A stretch of DNA of 64,000 nt from a virus (IMGVR_UViG_3300032038_000035:1-64000), one strand, 5' to 3'; shown: positions 29,205 to 39,548, counted from the stretch's first letter. Numbers and translations: made by a program. The notes: generated by a model not told the origin, from the sequence alone.

Positions 29205-29208
29205 AATA

Positions 29209-29550
29209 TTAAGTGCTATCCAAATCGTCCATCAAGAATGCACATAATCTACTCGTAAACTGATATTCTTTTGTACCTTTGCCAATTTCATCCTTTAGCT
29301 CTTTAACAGCTGCAAGCATTGTGCCGTCCCAATATTTGTGACTATCGTTGTGTCCCCATGATTTCAAATCTTTACTAATGGCATCCATAATCTGCCAAGA
29401 TTCTAAAACAGACGCCTCGTCCAACTTATGCTGCTGTGCATAATCAACGGCTTCAAGTAAAAACTCTTTGATTTTACCAATCTCCATGCGTTGATCTTGC
29501 GTTTCTGCATAGAGCTTTTTCAAATTGTCGAAATAATATTCATACTTCAT
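29209..29550 (-). CDS. Hypothetical protein
   Basis: ORF with RBS. Confidence 0.65.
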   Translation of the reverse strand: MKYEYYFDNLKKLYAETQDQRMEIGKIKEFLLEAVDYAQQHKLDEASVLESWQIMDAISKDLKSWGHNDSHKYWDGTMLAAVKELKDEIGKGTKEYQFTSRLCAFLMDDLDST

Positions 29551-29570
29551 TATGCATCATCCTTTTATAA

Positions 29571-29876
29571 TCACATCATGTCGATTGCTATCTTTCTGAC
29601 AATTTCGTCGTCACTCTTAACTAATACCCGACATGCATTCGACACGTACGTTGGATCAATCTCATTATCTGCACAGAATTTAGCTAAATCACTCTTAAGT
29701 GCATTGAGTACCATTTCATATGTTACGACACGTGCTCTTAACACATCTTGTGAGACTTCGGTTGCAACTAAAATGTAATTTATGATGCGATTGACATCAT
29801 TCTTTGCATCAGAATATATATCGCATAAATCATATAGCGATGGATACATTACTCTTGTATTCTGATCAAGTGCCAT
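29571..29876 (-). CDS. Hypothetical protein
   Basis: GGAGG RBS. Confidence 0.7.
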   Translation of the reverse strand: MALDQNTRVMYPSLYDLCDIYSDAKNDVNRIINYILVATEVSQDVLRARVVTYEMVLNALKSDLAKFCADNEIDPTYVSNACRVLVKSDDEIVRKIAIDMM

Positions 29877-29886
29877 AGTTATCCTC

Positions 29887-30183
29887 CTACTTAATTATTC
29901 TCCATTTTACAAGCATATTCCAATCTTCATTGGTAAGCATATGATAATCCTGCTTATTGGCGAGCATGTTCTTGACTGCAATCATGATGTTGTCTTCCTG
30001 AAAGTTCCTCGCTTGACATTCATTGACTACATCATTTATGATAGCATTAAATCTATCACTATCACTTATGATGTTAACTAGTGGATGAGAATCAACAATA
30101 AGGTTGTTGATTATTGCCTCTATTGCATTAACTTCCGCAATAGTAGATTCAAACCTTTTTAATAGTGCTTTAACACTTGCCAT
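29887..30183 (-). CDS. Hypothetical protein
   Basis: Start moved to MASVK behind AAGGAG. Confidence 0.65.
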   Translation of the reverse strand: MASVKALLKRFESTIAEVNAIEAIINNLIVDSHPLVNIISDSDRFNAIINDVVNECQARNFQEDNIMIAVKNMLANKQDYHMLTNEDWNMLVKWRIIK

Positions 30184-30239
30184 AATATATTTCTCCTTAA
30201 AATTATAAACTTTTAACAATAAGATATAACATAAAATGT

Positions 30240-30748
30240 TACACCGAGATCTCTTGTGTATAGACTAATGTGTTGGCACACGGTGTATGCTTTGCACATT
30301 ATATAAGATATCATCTTATATTAAAAACAATCTTATTATCATCATATATGGATATGGTCATATCTATATTATTGATGATACTATACGCAGAACTTTTTTA
30401 TTGACCGATCAATCAATATCTTAGTTCCATTGAGATCTTTCCCTTTCATTTTTCAAAAGATTATTCAATTTTTAGGATATGATCCTAGTCATCATTCCGT
30501 TACATATCTTTGAATATAAGGACTACAGACTTGCATATTATCGATGCGCAATGTGCACTTGTATACTGTGGCCATATCTTTTTTAAAGATACCGCCCTCT
30601 TTGTTATATGCGTAAGTGCGTGCTGCAAGTTGATTTTATATAGCCTGAAAATCCTCATATATAAGAAGATATGTTAACGGAATATATGACATTTTTAATC
30701 ATATCCGGTGTATTTACCCCCAAGGCAAATCCTTGGGGGTAAATTTTA
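30240..30748 (+). ncRNA. Candidate large structured non-coding RNA (~500 nt)
   Basis: Gap with no ORF of 60 aa or more, full of hairpins; long stem 30488-30510/30666-30690 with nested stems; G-U wobbles and the terminator T tract favour the plus strand. Confidence 0.55.
30712..30748 (+). terminator. Intrinsic terminator
   Basis: atttacccccaagg-caaat-ccttgggggtaaat-ttt; T tract only on the plus strand. Confidence 0.75.
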
Positions 30749-31330
30749 CTTCTTCTTAGAAGTTTTATTGTCGAGCTTATATCTGATATGGCTGCCAGTC
30801 TTATTCTTAGCAACTATCTCAGTGTGAGCTTCTGTCTTAACTGTATCGCCAGTAGGCTCTGTTACATAAACATCGCCTTTCTTGACGATCTTAGTTGTGT
30901 CAACAACCTTTTCGTCAACATGCTTTGTACCAAGAATAGTTCTGGAGCTATTCTTATCACCGGGCTCGATTGTATAGAATCTGCCAGTAGAAAGAGCATT
31001 CCTGATATGCATCCTAGCTGCATTAGAGAATGCTTCCGCTGTTGCCTTATTAAATTCGGTATCAACAACCTTATCAATATCTGCTGTGTCAATAACGCCT
31101 GCATTCTTGAGTGAAGTAGCTATACCTTTCCTAAGGTCTTCGATTGGCTTGGTTCTAGTCTCAGTGAGTTCGTTATTCTTTACCTTGAACTCTACGAATT
31201 CAAAATCAGTATCATTAAGCTCGTTATGAGCGAGTTCAATGTCTACTTTCTTTGAAGATGCTCTAGACTCTGAGCTCTTTTTTGTTTCGTCAAGAAAATT
31301 CTTGACATCATACTTGTTTTTCATTTTCAT
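30746..31330 (-). CDS. Lys/Thr-rich hypothetical protein
   Basis: GGAGGT RBS; basic termini. Confidence 0.75.
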   Translation of the reverse strand: MKMKNKYDVKNFLDETKKSSESRASSKKVDIELAHNELNDTDFEFVEFKVKNNELTETRTKPIEDLRKGIATSLKNAGVIDTADIDKVVDTEFNKATAEAFSNAARMHIRNALSTGRFYTIEPGDKNSSRTILGTKHVDEKVVDTTKIVKKGDVYVTEPTGDTVKTEAHTEIVAKNKTGSHIRYKLDNKTSKKK

Positions 31331-31424
31331 ATACCTCCGTTAGGCAATAAATTATAATGAAATTATAATTTAGTTTACTGGCTCATATTTTAACACTGCA
31401 AACATGAGCCAGATAAATAACATC

Positions 31425-32573
31425 TTATGTGGAATTAATTATTCCACCTTGGGTTTTGAGGAGATCCCCGCCTAACGGATTTGGCGGAAGTTCTTCCTCT
31501 CCCTCTACTTCGTCAGCATCTTCATCAGAATCTTCAAGAGATTCTCTGATGATGCTTATTACGTCATTGAGATCTTTGCGATCTTTTGCCTGATTGAGTG
31601 CAATCGTCTTGACAGATCTAGACAATGCATCCAGAGTTGTATTGATCCCTGAACTGATATCAGGATCTGGTTCTCTAGTCTGTCTTGCCGGTGACCTTAA
31701 GATATGAAGCTCATCATCTTCAGGCTCATAATAATCTTCATCATTTGAGCCAGATGTTTCGATTGCATCAATTCTGTCATTCAACTTTACCAATGCATCG
31801 GTGAGCTTACTTATCGTATCGGCAGTTGCACTTTCGAATTCATCAGCATCTCCATCATCGTCGTCATCGTCATATCTGTCTCTAATCATAGAAGAAGTTT
31901 TCCTCTTCTTCTTTGATCTCTTTCTACCCTCTACAGGCTCAACACCTCTGAGGATAGCATTGATGAAATCATCATCGTCATCAACATAGTCATCGTCATA
32001 ACGACGCTTATAGCTCTTTCTGCCATAGTCATAGAAACCAAAGTCGTCGTCATAGATGTCATATCCTCTTCTGTCATCATCGAAATCTCTATTCTTCTTC
32101 CTAAGAGATTTCAGCGGATTGTTGCGTGATGCAACGGACGATTTTGTCTTTATGCCATAGGTACGCTTGATTCTTTCGATTGTGTCCTGATACACAGATG
32201 CACATTCATCAAGCTTATCACGCTTGATATTAGTGTGAAGTGCATCATAATGAAGCTTAACGAGATCCTGAAGATCTTCATAAGTTTCAGGATTCGATAT
32301 CATGTCGATAAGGCGCTGTACACCAATCTTCTTGAATACCGAAACTCTGAAAGAATCTATACGTCTATCGCGTGTTCTTGATGCAAACGCGGTACCGATC
32401 TTGTCAATGCCAAATATGTCATAGAATACTCTATTGACTGATCTGACATATGTATGTCTGTCATCATAACCTCTTGTCAGTGCTTCAATGTCATTATAGC
32501 ATTCTCGCACTGCATCAGGGGTTATTTCGCTACGATCATCATAATCGTAACTAAAATCATCGAAATAACTCAT
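31425..32573 (-). CDS. Acidic low-complexity hypothetical protein
   Basis: D/Y/R-rich disordered centre; AAGGAG RBS. Confidence 0.75.
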   Translation of the reverse strand: MSYFDDFSYDYDDRSEITPDAVRECYNDIEALTRGYDDRHTYVRSVNRVFYDIFGIDKIGTAFASRTRDRRIDSFRVSVFKKIGVQRLIDMISNPETYEDLQDLVKLHYDALHTNIKRDKLDECASVYQDTIERIKRTYGIKTKSSVASRNNPLKSLRKKNRDFDDDRRGYDIYDDDFGFYDYGRKSYKRRYDDDYVDDDDDFINAILRGVEPVEGRKRSKKKRKTSSMIRDRYDDDDDDGDADEFESATADTISKLTDALVKLNDRIDAIETSGSNDEDYYEPEDDELHILRSPARQTREPDPDISSGINTTLDALSRSVKTIALNQAKDRKDLNDVISIIRESLEDSDEDADEVEGEEELPPNPLGGDLLKTQGGIINST

Positions 32574-32587
32574 AGAGTTTCTCCTTT

Positions 32588-33007
32588 CTAATCAAGCTCT
32601 TCGACGAAATCATCATCGTCATCGCTGTCTATGTCATCATCTTCAAAGACATCGCTATCATTAACATCTTCATCATCAGATGCAGTGAAATCGATCTCGT
32701 CGATGATGCCATCAACAATTGCCTGAACGTTTATGTCTGACTTATCTGCCACATCTTCATAAGCTTCACTAAACTTACGAATTGCATAAGCTCTGTCGGA
32801 GTCATTCAGATCGTATGAATCGATAGCATTCATTGCTATCTTAGATATTGCTGTCTTGACTGGCTTGTATCCTGCGACGTCATTGAAAGTTGTGTCAAAC
32901 TCATCGATGTTGAATTTGTCTTTGTAAGATTCTGCGAGAATCTTACTGAACCTTGCTTCCTTGGAATCTTTATCAAAGTTGCCAAGGATCAGATCGATTA
33001 ATTCCAT
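32588..33007 (-). CDS. Very acidic small protein
   Basis: GGAGGT RBS; Asp-rich tail. Confidence 0.75.
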   Translation of the reverse strand: MELIDLILGNFDKDSKEARFSKILAESYKDKFNIDEFDTTFNDVAGYKPVKTAISKIAMNAIDSYDLNDSDRAYAIRKFSEAYEDVADKSDINVQAIVDGIIDEIDFTASDDEDVNDSDVFEDDDIDSDDDDDFVEELD

Positions 33008-33132
33008 AATAATTACCTCCGTTTATGGATATATAGATAAATGGATATGTGTAAAACTAAATTGTTTCCAATATTGTTGGACACGTGAGCGTTACCTATT
33101 TCACGCACCCATCTCTTGCCTACCACTATCTA

Positions 33133-33148
33133 TATTATATATAAATAT
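33133..33148 (-). promoter_or_regulatory. Early-type promoter ATATTTATATAT
   Basis: Exact 12-mer at 33137-33148. Confidence 0.6.
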
Positions 33149-33150
33149 AA

Positions 33151-33711
33151 TTACTGTCCAGTAGATCCAAATCCACCTGTGCGCTTATCATTACGAACAA
33201 TGTCGATTTCATCTACAAAATAGGGCATAATTACACCCTGAACTATTCTGTCGCCAGTCTTAAATGCATAATCAGTTTTGGCAGTTTTTCTATCTACCAG
33301 TATCATTATATGACCTTCATTCTCAGCCATATAATAATCCATATCGATAACACCTACTTTATTGGTAAGTGAAAAGCCACAGTCTTTAGCTACACTACTT
33401 CTTGCAAACAGAAGAAGCACTTTATTAAATACAAATGACAATGCATCTTCATAACAATCAGCAGACTTAACCATATCATGCGAACTAATGCTCTTTTCAC
33501 AGTTCCATCTGATACCGGTCATGATAATATCTTTCTTAGCTGAGCCTAATGTAAAATCATATGGCATATAAAAGTCATATCCAGCTGAGAAAGAACTACC
33601 TCTAGTTGGTATCTTTATATTGTCATATGCCTTATCTATAAGCTCATCGGTAAAGAATGTGTTTTTCTGCATATCTTTTACCCATTGCTCTTTAGATATC
33701 TTTTCAAACAT
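33151..33711 (-). CDS. dut: Trimeric dUTPase
   Basis: All five motifs present: AGYDF, RSS, GVIDMDY, GDRIVQG, RTGGFGSTG. Confidence 0.95.
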   Translation of the reverse strand: MFEKISKEQWVKDMQKNTFFTDELIDKAYDNIKIPTRGSSFSAGYDFYMPYDFTLGSAKKDIIMTGIRWNCEKSISSHDMVKSADCYEDALSFVFNKVLLLFARSSVAKDCGFSLTNKVGVIDMDYYMAENEGHIMILVDRKTAKTDYAFKTGDRIVQGVIMPYFVDEIDIVRNDKRTGGFGSTGQ

Positions 33712-33962
33712 AAATTTCCCTCCTTAAAGAAAATTATAAGCATTTTATATGGTTTATAAAATATAATTACCCGTAGCCTATTAAAGCTACGGGTAATTAT
33801 ACTAAAAAGGATTGTGCTTGTAATTGGGATATAGATATAGAAGCAGTTTACTAATGTGTTATAAAAATACATACGTAGCTAATAGCTACGTATGTATTTT
33901 TACTGTTTACCACAAAGTCGTATGTATAAGGAGCAATATTTGCTATGAGATTAATATAATGT

Positions 33963-36900
33963 TTACCCGAAATAATCTTTTATTACTTTCCTCTTTAACT
34001 CTATAAGCACTTTATTACCAAATAGGTTAGTATAAACTGAAGGAGTCTTTCTAGCAAGTATAGACAAAGGAGATACAAATGCACTAACTTCTTCCTCAGG
34101 TCTAAACTCGCTCCAAGGTTCCTGTCCTTCTTCTATAACATGAGATACAACGCCCTTAAGAGCACAGAAGTTTGTGGTTTTATCACCCTTCTTTATTATA
34201 TCCTTATGCTTTATATAGAATTCAATGAGAATACCATCGCCAACTTCTTCACCTTTGACTTTACCATATTGAGTTGTACTCTTCTCGGCAGTTTCAGTTA
34301 AGAGTTGGCCACATTTATAGAAGTTATTATCTGTAGGATTCTTATACTTATCTAAGAACTTATCTTTCTTCTCTATCTTCTTATTATAGTCTTTAACTAT
34401 CTTCTGTAAAGAAGGAGACAATTCGGATATATCTACAGTGTAATACATCTTTATGTCTAATATCTCACCACTATCAGTTGCTTTCAGTGTCGTAGAGTTA
34501 GATTCTACTAAAGACTCTTGAAGATTATTCTCGCCTAATGCTTTAGAATATTCCTCTAAGAATTTAGCAACTTCTTCATCACCATTATGGTTGTCAAATA
34601 CTATAAGAGGATCACCAACGTTTACATGGTCTCCTATTTTAACCATTCTATCTACTTTAGAATTAGCAGGTAATGCTTTAGTCTTCTTTACTATAGCATA
34701 GTATGCTAATTGCTCAGACAGTTTCTTTGTCATAGGCTCGGAGTCTTCAAGAATATCGTCTATAGATGTAATAGCAACTTTAGCAAGTACACCGATATTC
34801 ATAGATGCACCAATGTCATCTGAATTCTTTGTAAATGCTCTCTTCTCAGCAGCTAGAACTTCATTCTTCTTAAACTTATCGCCGACTTTTAATTTCGTAC
34901 TAAATTCAAGCTCAACATACATTCCGTCTGCAGAGTTTTTCTTTATTACAGGTTTAGAGTCAAATGAGTCATGTGTGCCATCTTTATATTCAATGATATA
35001 AACACCATCTTGCTCATCTACAACTTTACCATCCTGCTTAGCTACAAAGCAGAATTCATTGTGCATGTGATAAGGAACGATAGATTCTACCTTATTGCCT
35101 ATAAGTACAGGGCTCATCTCATCTGTAAGCACCATATGTGCAGTTTGTCCTCTCATCATCGCTGATCTCTGAGGGTCATCGTGTCTTAATGAACCCGGAG
35201 TGAGGAGTTCTGCAGGTGTCATAAGCTGAGCCATGTTGAGTTCGTTTACTTCATCCATAGGAGTTATATCAACGTATCCATTAGTAGAAGTAATATTAGG
35301 CTCAAGAGTAAGAAGTCTTATAATACCATTATTACCAGCATGGTCGGTTGTAGCACCGAAGATACCAACCATTGAGTCATCATATGCTCTCTTAGCCATA
35401 GTATAGCCATCTGTCTTGTTTATACCGGACAGGGATATATTCTTGGCAGATGTTGATGCCTTGATATTAACTGAGTGAGTTTTATCAAGAGTCATTACAG
35501 GATTGAGTATCGACTCATCTTCTATAAGAGTTGCAGATGACAATGCAGACATTACCACATTAGGATTAACTGATATCTTAGTAGGATTCTTCTTATAAGC
35601 AGTCTTTCTATAATTACCATATGCGTTAACTACTGCCTGATATACGATCTGAGATACAACTTCGTTACCTCTTATACGCATATTAATAAGGTCATTAGAA
35701 GAAGCATATTGGTTATTAACAAGAAGCTTACATGTATAGAAGAATACGCCTATTAATGTATAAGGCATATTGAAATCTTTTAATATTTCAACAGTTTTGG
35801 GATCTAATAAGAAGTTTTTAAACTGATCGAGATTCATTGCCTGATTTGCACTTGAATAAAACATCGGGAGCATATCTATATATGTATCTCGACTATTAAG
35901 CTCAGCAAATGTATACTCTTCAAGAGGTAAACCATATGTGCCATTTAATAATAGCTGATTTTCAAATGGATATTTATCCCATACGATTACACAATCTTTG
36001 AGCTGAATTATTCCTTTGGAGAATCCATAATTCTTGCCATATTTAGCTATTACAGCTTTTTCATTATCAAGTCTCTCATAAGGAATTCCTGTTTCTTGCA
36101 TTACCTTATCGAAACCTTCGCAGAATAATAAGAAAAGAATTACAGGAATGAATTTATCAAGTACCTTTACTCTGGTATACGCTAATTGAGATTGTCCGGT
36201 CTTGGTATATTTTATCTGAGATCTGTCAGCTTCAGGTATTAAATCATATAATAGATCAGAAAAACTATTTCCTAATTCTATTGGTATGTATTTACCTGAA
36301 GAAACCTTATATCCAACAGGAATCTTTTCACCTTCTTCATAAGGTTTTACATCACAGCCATGCTCTTTAAGAAATCCAATAAGCTCAGTTATATCCAGAA
36401 TAAATACATTTTGTCCAATGTTAAACTTGGTAACAGATTTAGAAATATAATCGAAATCTAATGTAGTTGCATATTTAGTATTCTTTACTTTAGCATTACC
36501 ATATTTAACATGACACTTATCATTTGCCATAATATATTTCTTTATAGCAGCAGTCTTAGAGTCTACAGATTTACCATGTCTGAATACTGTACACTTCTTA
36601 TACATAGTACAGATCTGAACTTGGTCAGGACCTATCTTTACAACAGGCTTGAATATTCTTTGCTTGAGTATGTGTTTCTTACTACCGCCAATGAATACAT
36701 AGCAATCGTCTATGATGATAGGTACATCAAATCTGAGAGTATGTGTGTGATTGAATTCATCTCTAAGATGATAAGTAAGAGTCTTCTTCTGATTAAATAC
36801 ATCAGATGTATCTTCCTCTTCTATAGACTCTATGAATACTTTAATATCTGCATCTGCTAATGATGCTACTGCATTATTAATATCTCTCTTATATTTTTTC

Positions 36901-38306
36901 TCTGTATAAGATTTATCAAAGTTTACATACTTAGATGATTTGATATAAGGGTTATTGGTAACGATAGCATTAGTGTAGTCAGACTCATCTATTATCTTAG
37001 ATGCCATTTCTTCTACATCTTGAGATAATATTTCATTCTGTTTAGCTATACCGGCATCTATAAGCTTAAGAGCTTTCTTACTTCTCTCAGGCATATAGTT
37101 ATTAACAAAGACTTTCTCTTTAACTTCGTCTTCTATAATAGCACCAATTACTTCATCACTTTCACCAGATAAATCAGGATTATTGTCTAAGAAGTTATTT
37201 ACTGTATCAGATATTTCATCAGACAATTTATCTGTCATTGATACAGAATCATCTTCTTCCAATTCTTCTGCTTCAGCTATACTAAGCTCAGTATCAAGAT
37301 TGTACTTCTTCTTAGTAGGTTTAGCTTTTACAGAAACATCTGTGATTTCTTCTTTCTTTTCTGCATCAGAAGAAAGATCAGATCCTGTAAATCTTCTGAC
37401 CATAGTGTTAACTATAATCTGTCTTCTAAGTTCTTCCTCAGGAGGAACTTTCTCAGTCTGAATTATTTCTTCTTCATCTTCATCCACTGTATAAGTGTAT
37501 ATATGCATCCTTCTAAGTTGTGTCTTAAATTTAGCATATATCATTTTAGCAGCTCTCGGATCTAACATATCCGGAGTAAGCTTGAGCTTTAAGAACTCAT
37601 GCTCTTTTTCATTTACTATAATTATTTCAGCATTAAGATCTGTCAGTGGCTTTAATAAAGCTTGGAACCTATATAGGCATACTAATAATATAGATATAGG
37701 ATTATTCATAGAATCTTTGCTAAGACCTATAGTAGCTCCTGCCTTTCTCCATTCTGCATATGAGATATATACAATTTTAGTCTTATATCCATTTGCGAAC
37801 GGAAGTGTATTAGCTATTTTATTAGCAGTAAACTTTATATACTGATCGCACATTATTTGTATAGATCTATTAAGCCTATATTGGAAAAATAAATCTTGCC
37901 ATTCACTGATATCTTGTATCAGTGATGTATGTCTGGATGCAAGTGCTGCAACCATTTGAGGTCTTCGATAAGCTAGATATGAATCTAAGCTTTCACTATA
38001 CATCTTAGGCATCTCGTTTATGTAATTACGTTTTACGAGCTTTGTGCCAATTTTCTCTTTATATATGACATCCGCTGTCATATATTTTATTCCATATTTA
38101 CGCCACACTACAAAATCTGAATTAAGGCTCCTAACAGCGGCTTCCCTATTAGGGTTTAATATAATAACACCGGTTTCTTTTCCATGCGGTGAAGTAGGTA
38201 AAAATAAGTGTGGCTGATTCTTGTAATATCTATTATTTACAATAGAAGTGTAAGCAACTTCCATTGCTGGTGTATTACTAATCACAATATCACAACCTTT
38301 ACACAT
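33963..38306 (-). CDS. Phage multisubunit RNA polymerase beta-like subunit, probably the virion RNAP
   Basis: HDDPQRSAMMRGQTAH, GDKTTNFCALKGVVS and SPLSILARKT correspond to RpoB motifs; ends early like split phiKZ-type beta subunits; late promoter directly upstream (start may be GTG at 38285). Confidence 0.9.
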   Translation of the reverse strand: MCKGCDIVISNTPAMEVAYTSIVNNRYYKNQPHLFLPTSPHGKETGVIILNPNREAAVRSLNSDFVVWRKYGIKYMTADVIYKEKIGTKLVKRNYINEMPKMYSESLDSYLAYRRPQMVAALASRHTSLIQDISEWQDLFFQYRLNRSIQIMCDQYIKFTANKIANTLPFANGYKTKIVYISYAEWRKAGATIGLSKDSMNNPISILLVCLYRFQALLKPLTDLNAEIIIVNEKEHEFLKLKLTPDMLDPRAAKMIYAKFKTQLRRMHIYTYTVDEDEEEIIQTEKVPPEEELRRQIIVNTMVRRFTGSDLSSDAEKKEEITDVSVKAKPTKKKYNLDTELSIAEAEELEEDDSVSMTDKLSDEISDTVNNFLDNNPDLSGESDEVIGAIIEDEVKEKVFVNNYMPERSKKALKLIDAGIAKQNEILSQDVEEMASKIIDESDYTNAIVTNNPYIKSSKYVNFDKSYTEKKYKRDINNAVASLADADIKVFIESIEEEDTSDVFNQKKTLTYHLRDEFNHTHTLRFDVPIIIDDCYVFIGGSKKHILKQRIFKPVVKIGPDQVQICTMYKKCTVFRHGKSVDSKTAAIKKYIMANDKCHVKYGNAKVKNTKYATTLDFDYISKSVTKFNIGQNVFILDITELIGFLKEHGCDVKPYEEGEKIPVGYKVSSGKYIPIELGNSFSDLLYDLIPEADRSQIKYTKTGQSQLAYTRVKVLDKFIPVILFLLFCEGFDKVMQETGIPYERLDNEKAVIAKYGKNYGFSKGIIQLKDCVIVWDKYPFENQLLLNGTYGLPLEEYTFAELNSRDTYIDMLPMFYSSANQAMNLDQFKNFLLDPKTVEILKDFNMPYTLIGVFFYTCKLLVNNQYASSNDLINMRIRGNEVVSQIVYQAVVNAYGNYRKTAYKKNPTKISVNPNVVMSALSSATLIEDESILNPVMTLDKTHSVNIKASTSAKNISLSGINKTDGYTMAKRAYDDSMVGIFGATTDHAGNNGIIRLLTLEPNITSTNGYVDITPMDEVNELNMAQLMTPAELLTPGSLRHDDPQRSAMMRGQTAHMVLTDEMSPVLIGNKVESIVPYHMHNEFCFVAKQDGKVVDEQDGVYIIEYKDGTHDSFDSKPVIKKNSADGMYVELEFSTKLKVGDKFKKNEVLAAEKRAFTKNSDDIGASMNIGVLAKVAITSIDDILEDSEPMTKKLSEQLAYYAIVKKTKALPANSKVDRMVKIGDHVNVGDPLIVFDNHNGDEEVAKFLEEYSKALGENNLQESLVESNSTTLKATDSGEILDIKMYYTVDISELSPSLQKIVKDYNKKIEKKDKFLDKYKNPTDNNFYKCGQLLTETAEKSTTQYGKVKGEEVGDGILIEFYIKHKDIIKKGDKTTNFCALKGVVSHVIEEGQEPWSEFRPEEEVSAFVSPLSILARKTPSVYTNLFGNKVLIELKRKVIKDYFG

Positions 38307-38310
38307 AAAT

Positions 38311-38324
38311 TTAAAGAACTGTCC
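38311..38324 (-). promoter_or_regulatory. Late-type promoter GGACA-N6-TAA
   Basis: GGACAgttcttTAA. Confidence 0.7.
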
Positions 38325-38326
38325 AA

Positions 38327-39100
38327 GTGTTTATATCACACGAGTTAACAATTTTTAATAATCATGGTGGTGATAATATGGAAACTAGATTAACAATGGC
38401 TGAATATAATAAGATAATCTCGGCTAATAAAGATAAATACAATGAATATCAAAAACGCTATGCTGAAATAAAAAATAAAATACAAGTCAGATGGTATAAA
38501 TTACAGGATAATAAACATTTAGTCATGCATTTCAAAATACCTAGTGAAAAGACAAGACTAATGTATGATACACTAATAGAATTCTGCACTACTTATACAG
38601 ATGCAAACTCTATAAAACGATGTGAGCTAAAAGTATTCTCCAACTGTCCATCATGGGTATTTATGAATGCAAGAGCTGCTCATGAGAAAAGCATGGATAT
38701 AAGTTGGGCTAATAACTTATTCAATAAAGATACGCTAAAACCACCCGATGAAGGTAAAGAAGCTTCTAATGATATAAGATTGGAAAAAGGTTTATGCTTT
38801 GCAATCATATATCTAAAAGAATTAAATGAAATTACTCTTATGGGTAAAGCTAGGACTGCATTACCTATCAAAAGTGGTAATGACTTGGCAGTATTTATTC
38901 GTAATTCAGATTGGGTTATGGAAAAGAGAGGTCAATATAAATCTGAAGAAGATTTCAAAAAGTTATTGCAGAAATTCTCTCCTGTAAAGATATCCAATGC
39001 TCAGACTAAAAGAGCAGGAATGTCGACATCTAAAACTATAACTACTACTAAGACTACTTCTAGTAGAACCAGATCTGTTGCAAAGACAAAAAAAATATAA
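38327..39100 (+). CDS. Hypothetical protein with basic S/T/K-rich tail
   Basis: ORF; likely start 38378 (METRL) behind GGTGGTG. Confidence 0.7.
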   Translation: MFISHELTIFNNHGGDNMETRLTMAEYNKIISANKDKYNEYQKRYAEIKNKIQVRWYKLQDNKHLVMHFKIPSEKTRLMYDTLIEFCTTYTDANSIKRCELKVFSNCPSWVFMNARAAHEKSMDISWANNLFNKDTLKPPDEGKEASNDIRLEKGLCFAIIYLKELNEITLMGKARTALPIKSGNDLAVFIRNSDWVMEKRGQYKSEEDFKKLLQKFSPVKISNAQTKRAGMSTSKTITTTKTTSSRTRSVAKTKKI

Positions 39101-39144
39101 GCATCGCCAATTATGCTTATATTCCGGTGTGGTGTAACCTATAA

Positions 39145-39498
39145 TCAGGTTGCACCGCACCATTTGCAGGCATATCCCCCGCGAATCTGTCTCCCGCCAC
39201 AGCAGGGACAGGTTTCCGTGGTGAATATTATCTGCGGATAATATTCACCACTGTCGCGATCGAAATGCATCACAGTGAGACCAATGTCTCGCTGCTGGCA
39301 AATCGTCACGACCGCAAGGAGAGCAACCGTCAGCCCTGTGGCGTACAGGGTTAACTGGTCACAATCCTCGGGGAGCTCGCTGCGGACATGCTCAGTGAGC
39401 GCATCCACATCGAGGGGATTTACCTGAGTATCGAACAGAAAGTCCGACACATCAGGTATGTCGTGCCTGCCACGACATAATCCATATGTGTATTTCAT
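39145..39498 (-). CDS. Small alpha/beta protein (GRH motif) with C-terminal Zn ribbon, in a stand-alone cassette
   Basis: GLCRGRHDIP...LYATGLTVAL...HFDRDSGEYYPQ followed by CPCCG...CKWCG; GGAGGTG RBS; visibly higher GC than its flanks. Confidence 0.75.
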   Translation of the reverse strand: MKYTYGLCRGRHDIPDVSDFLFDTQVNPLDVDALTEHVRSELPEDCDQLTLYATGLTVALLAVVTICQQRDIGLTVMHFDRDSGEYYPQIIFTTETCPCCGGRQIRGGYACKWCGAT

Positions 39499-39548
39499 TA
39501 TATCACCTCCTTATGATAAACAACACACATTTTGTTGATTGGCACTAT

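Noticed and set aside
33963-38306. Introns or inteins in the RNAP gene (also checked in terminase)
   Set aside because: Both ORFs are continuous with no recognisable intein termini or LAGLIDADG motifs.
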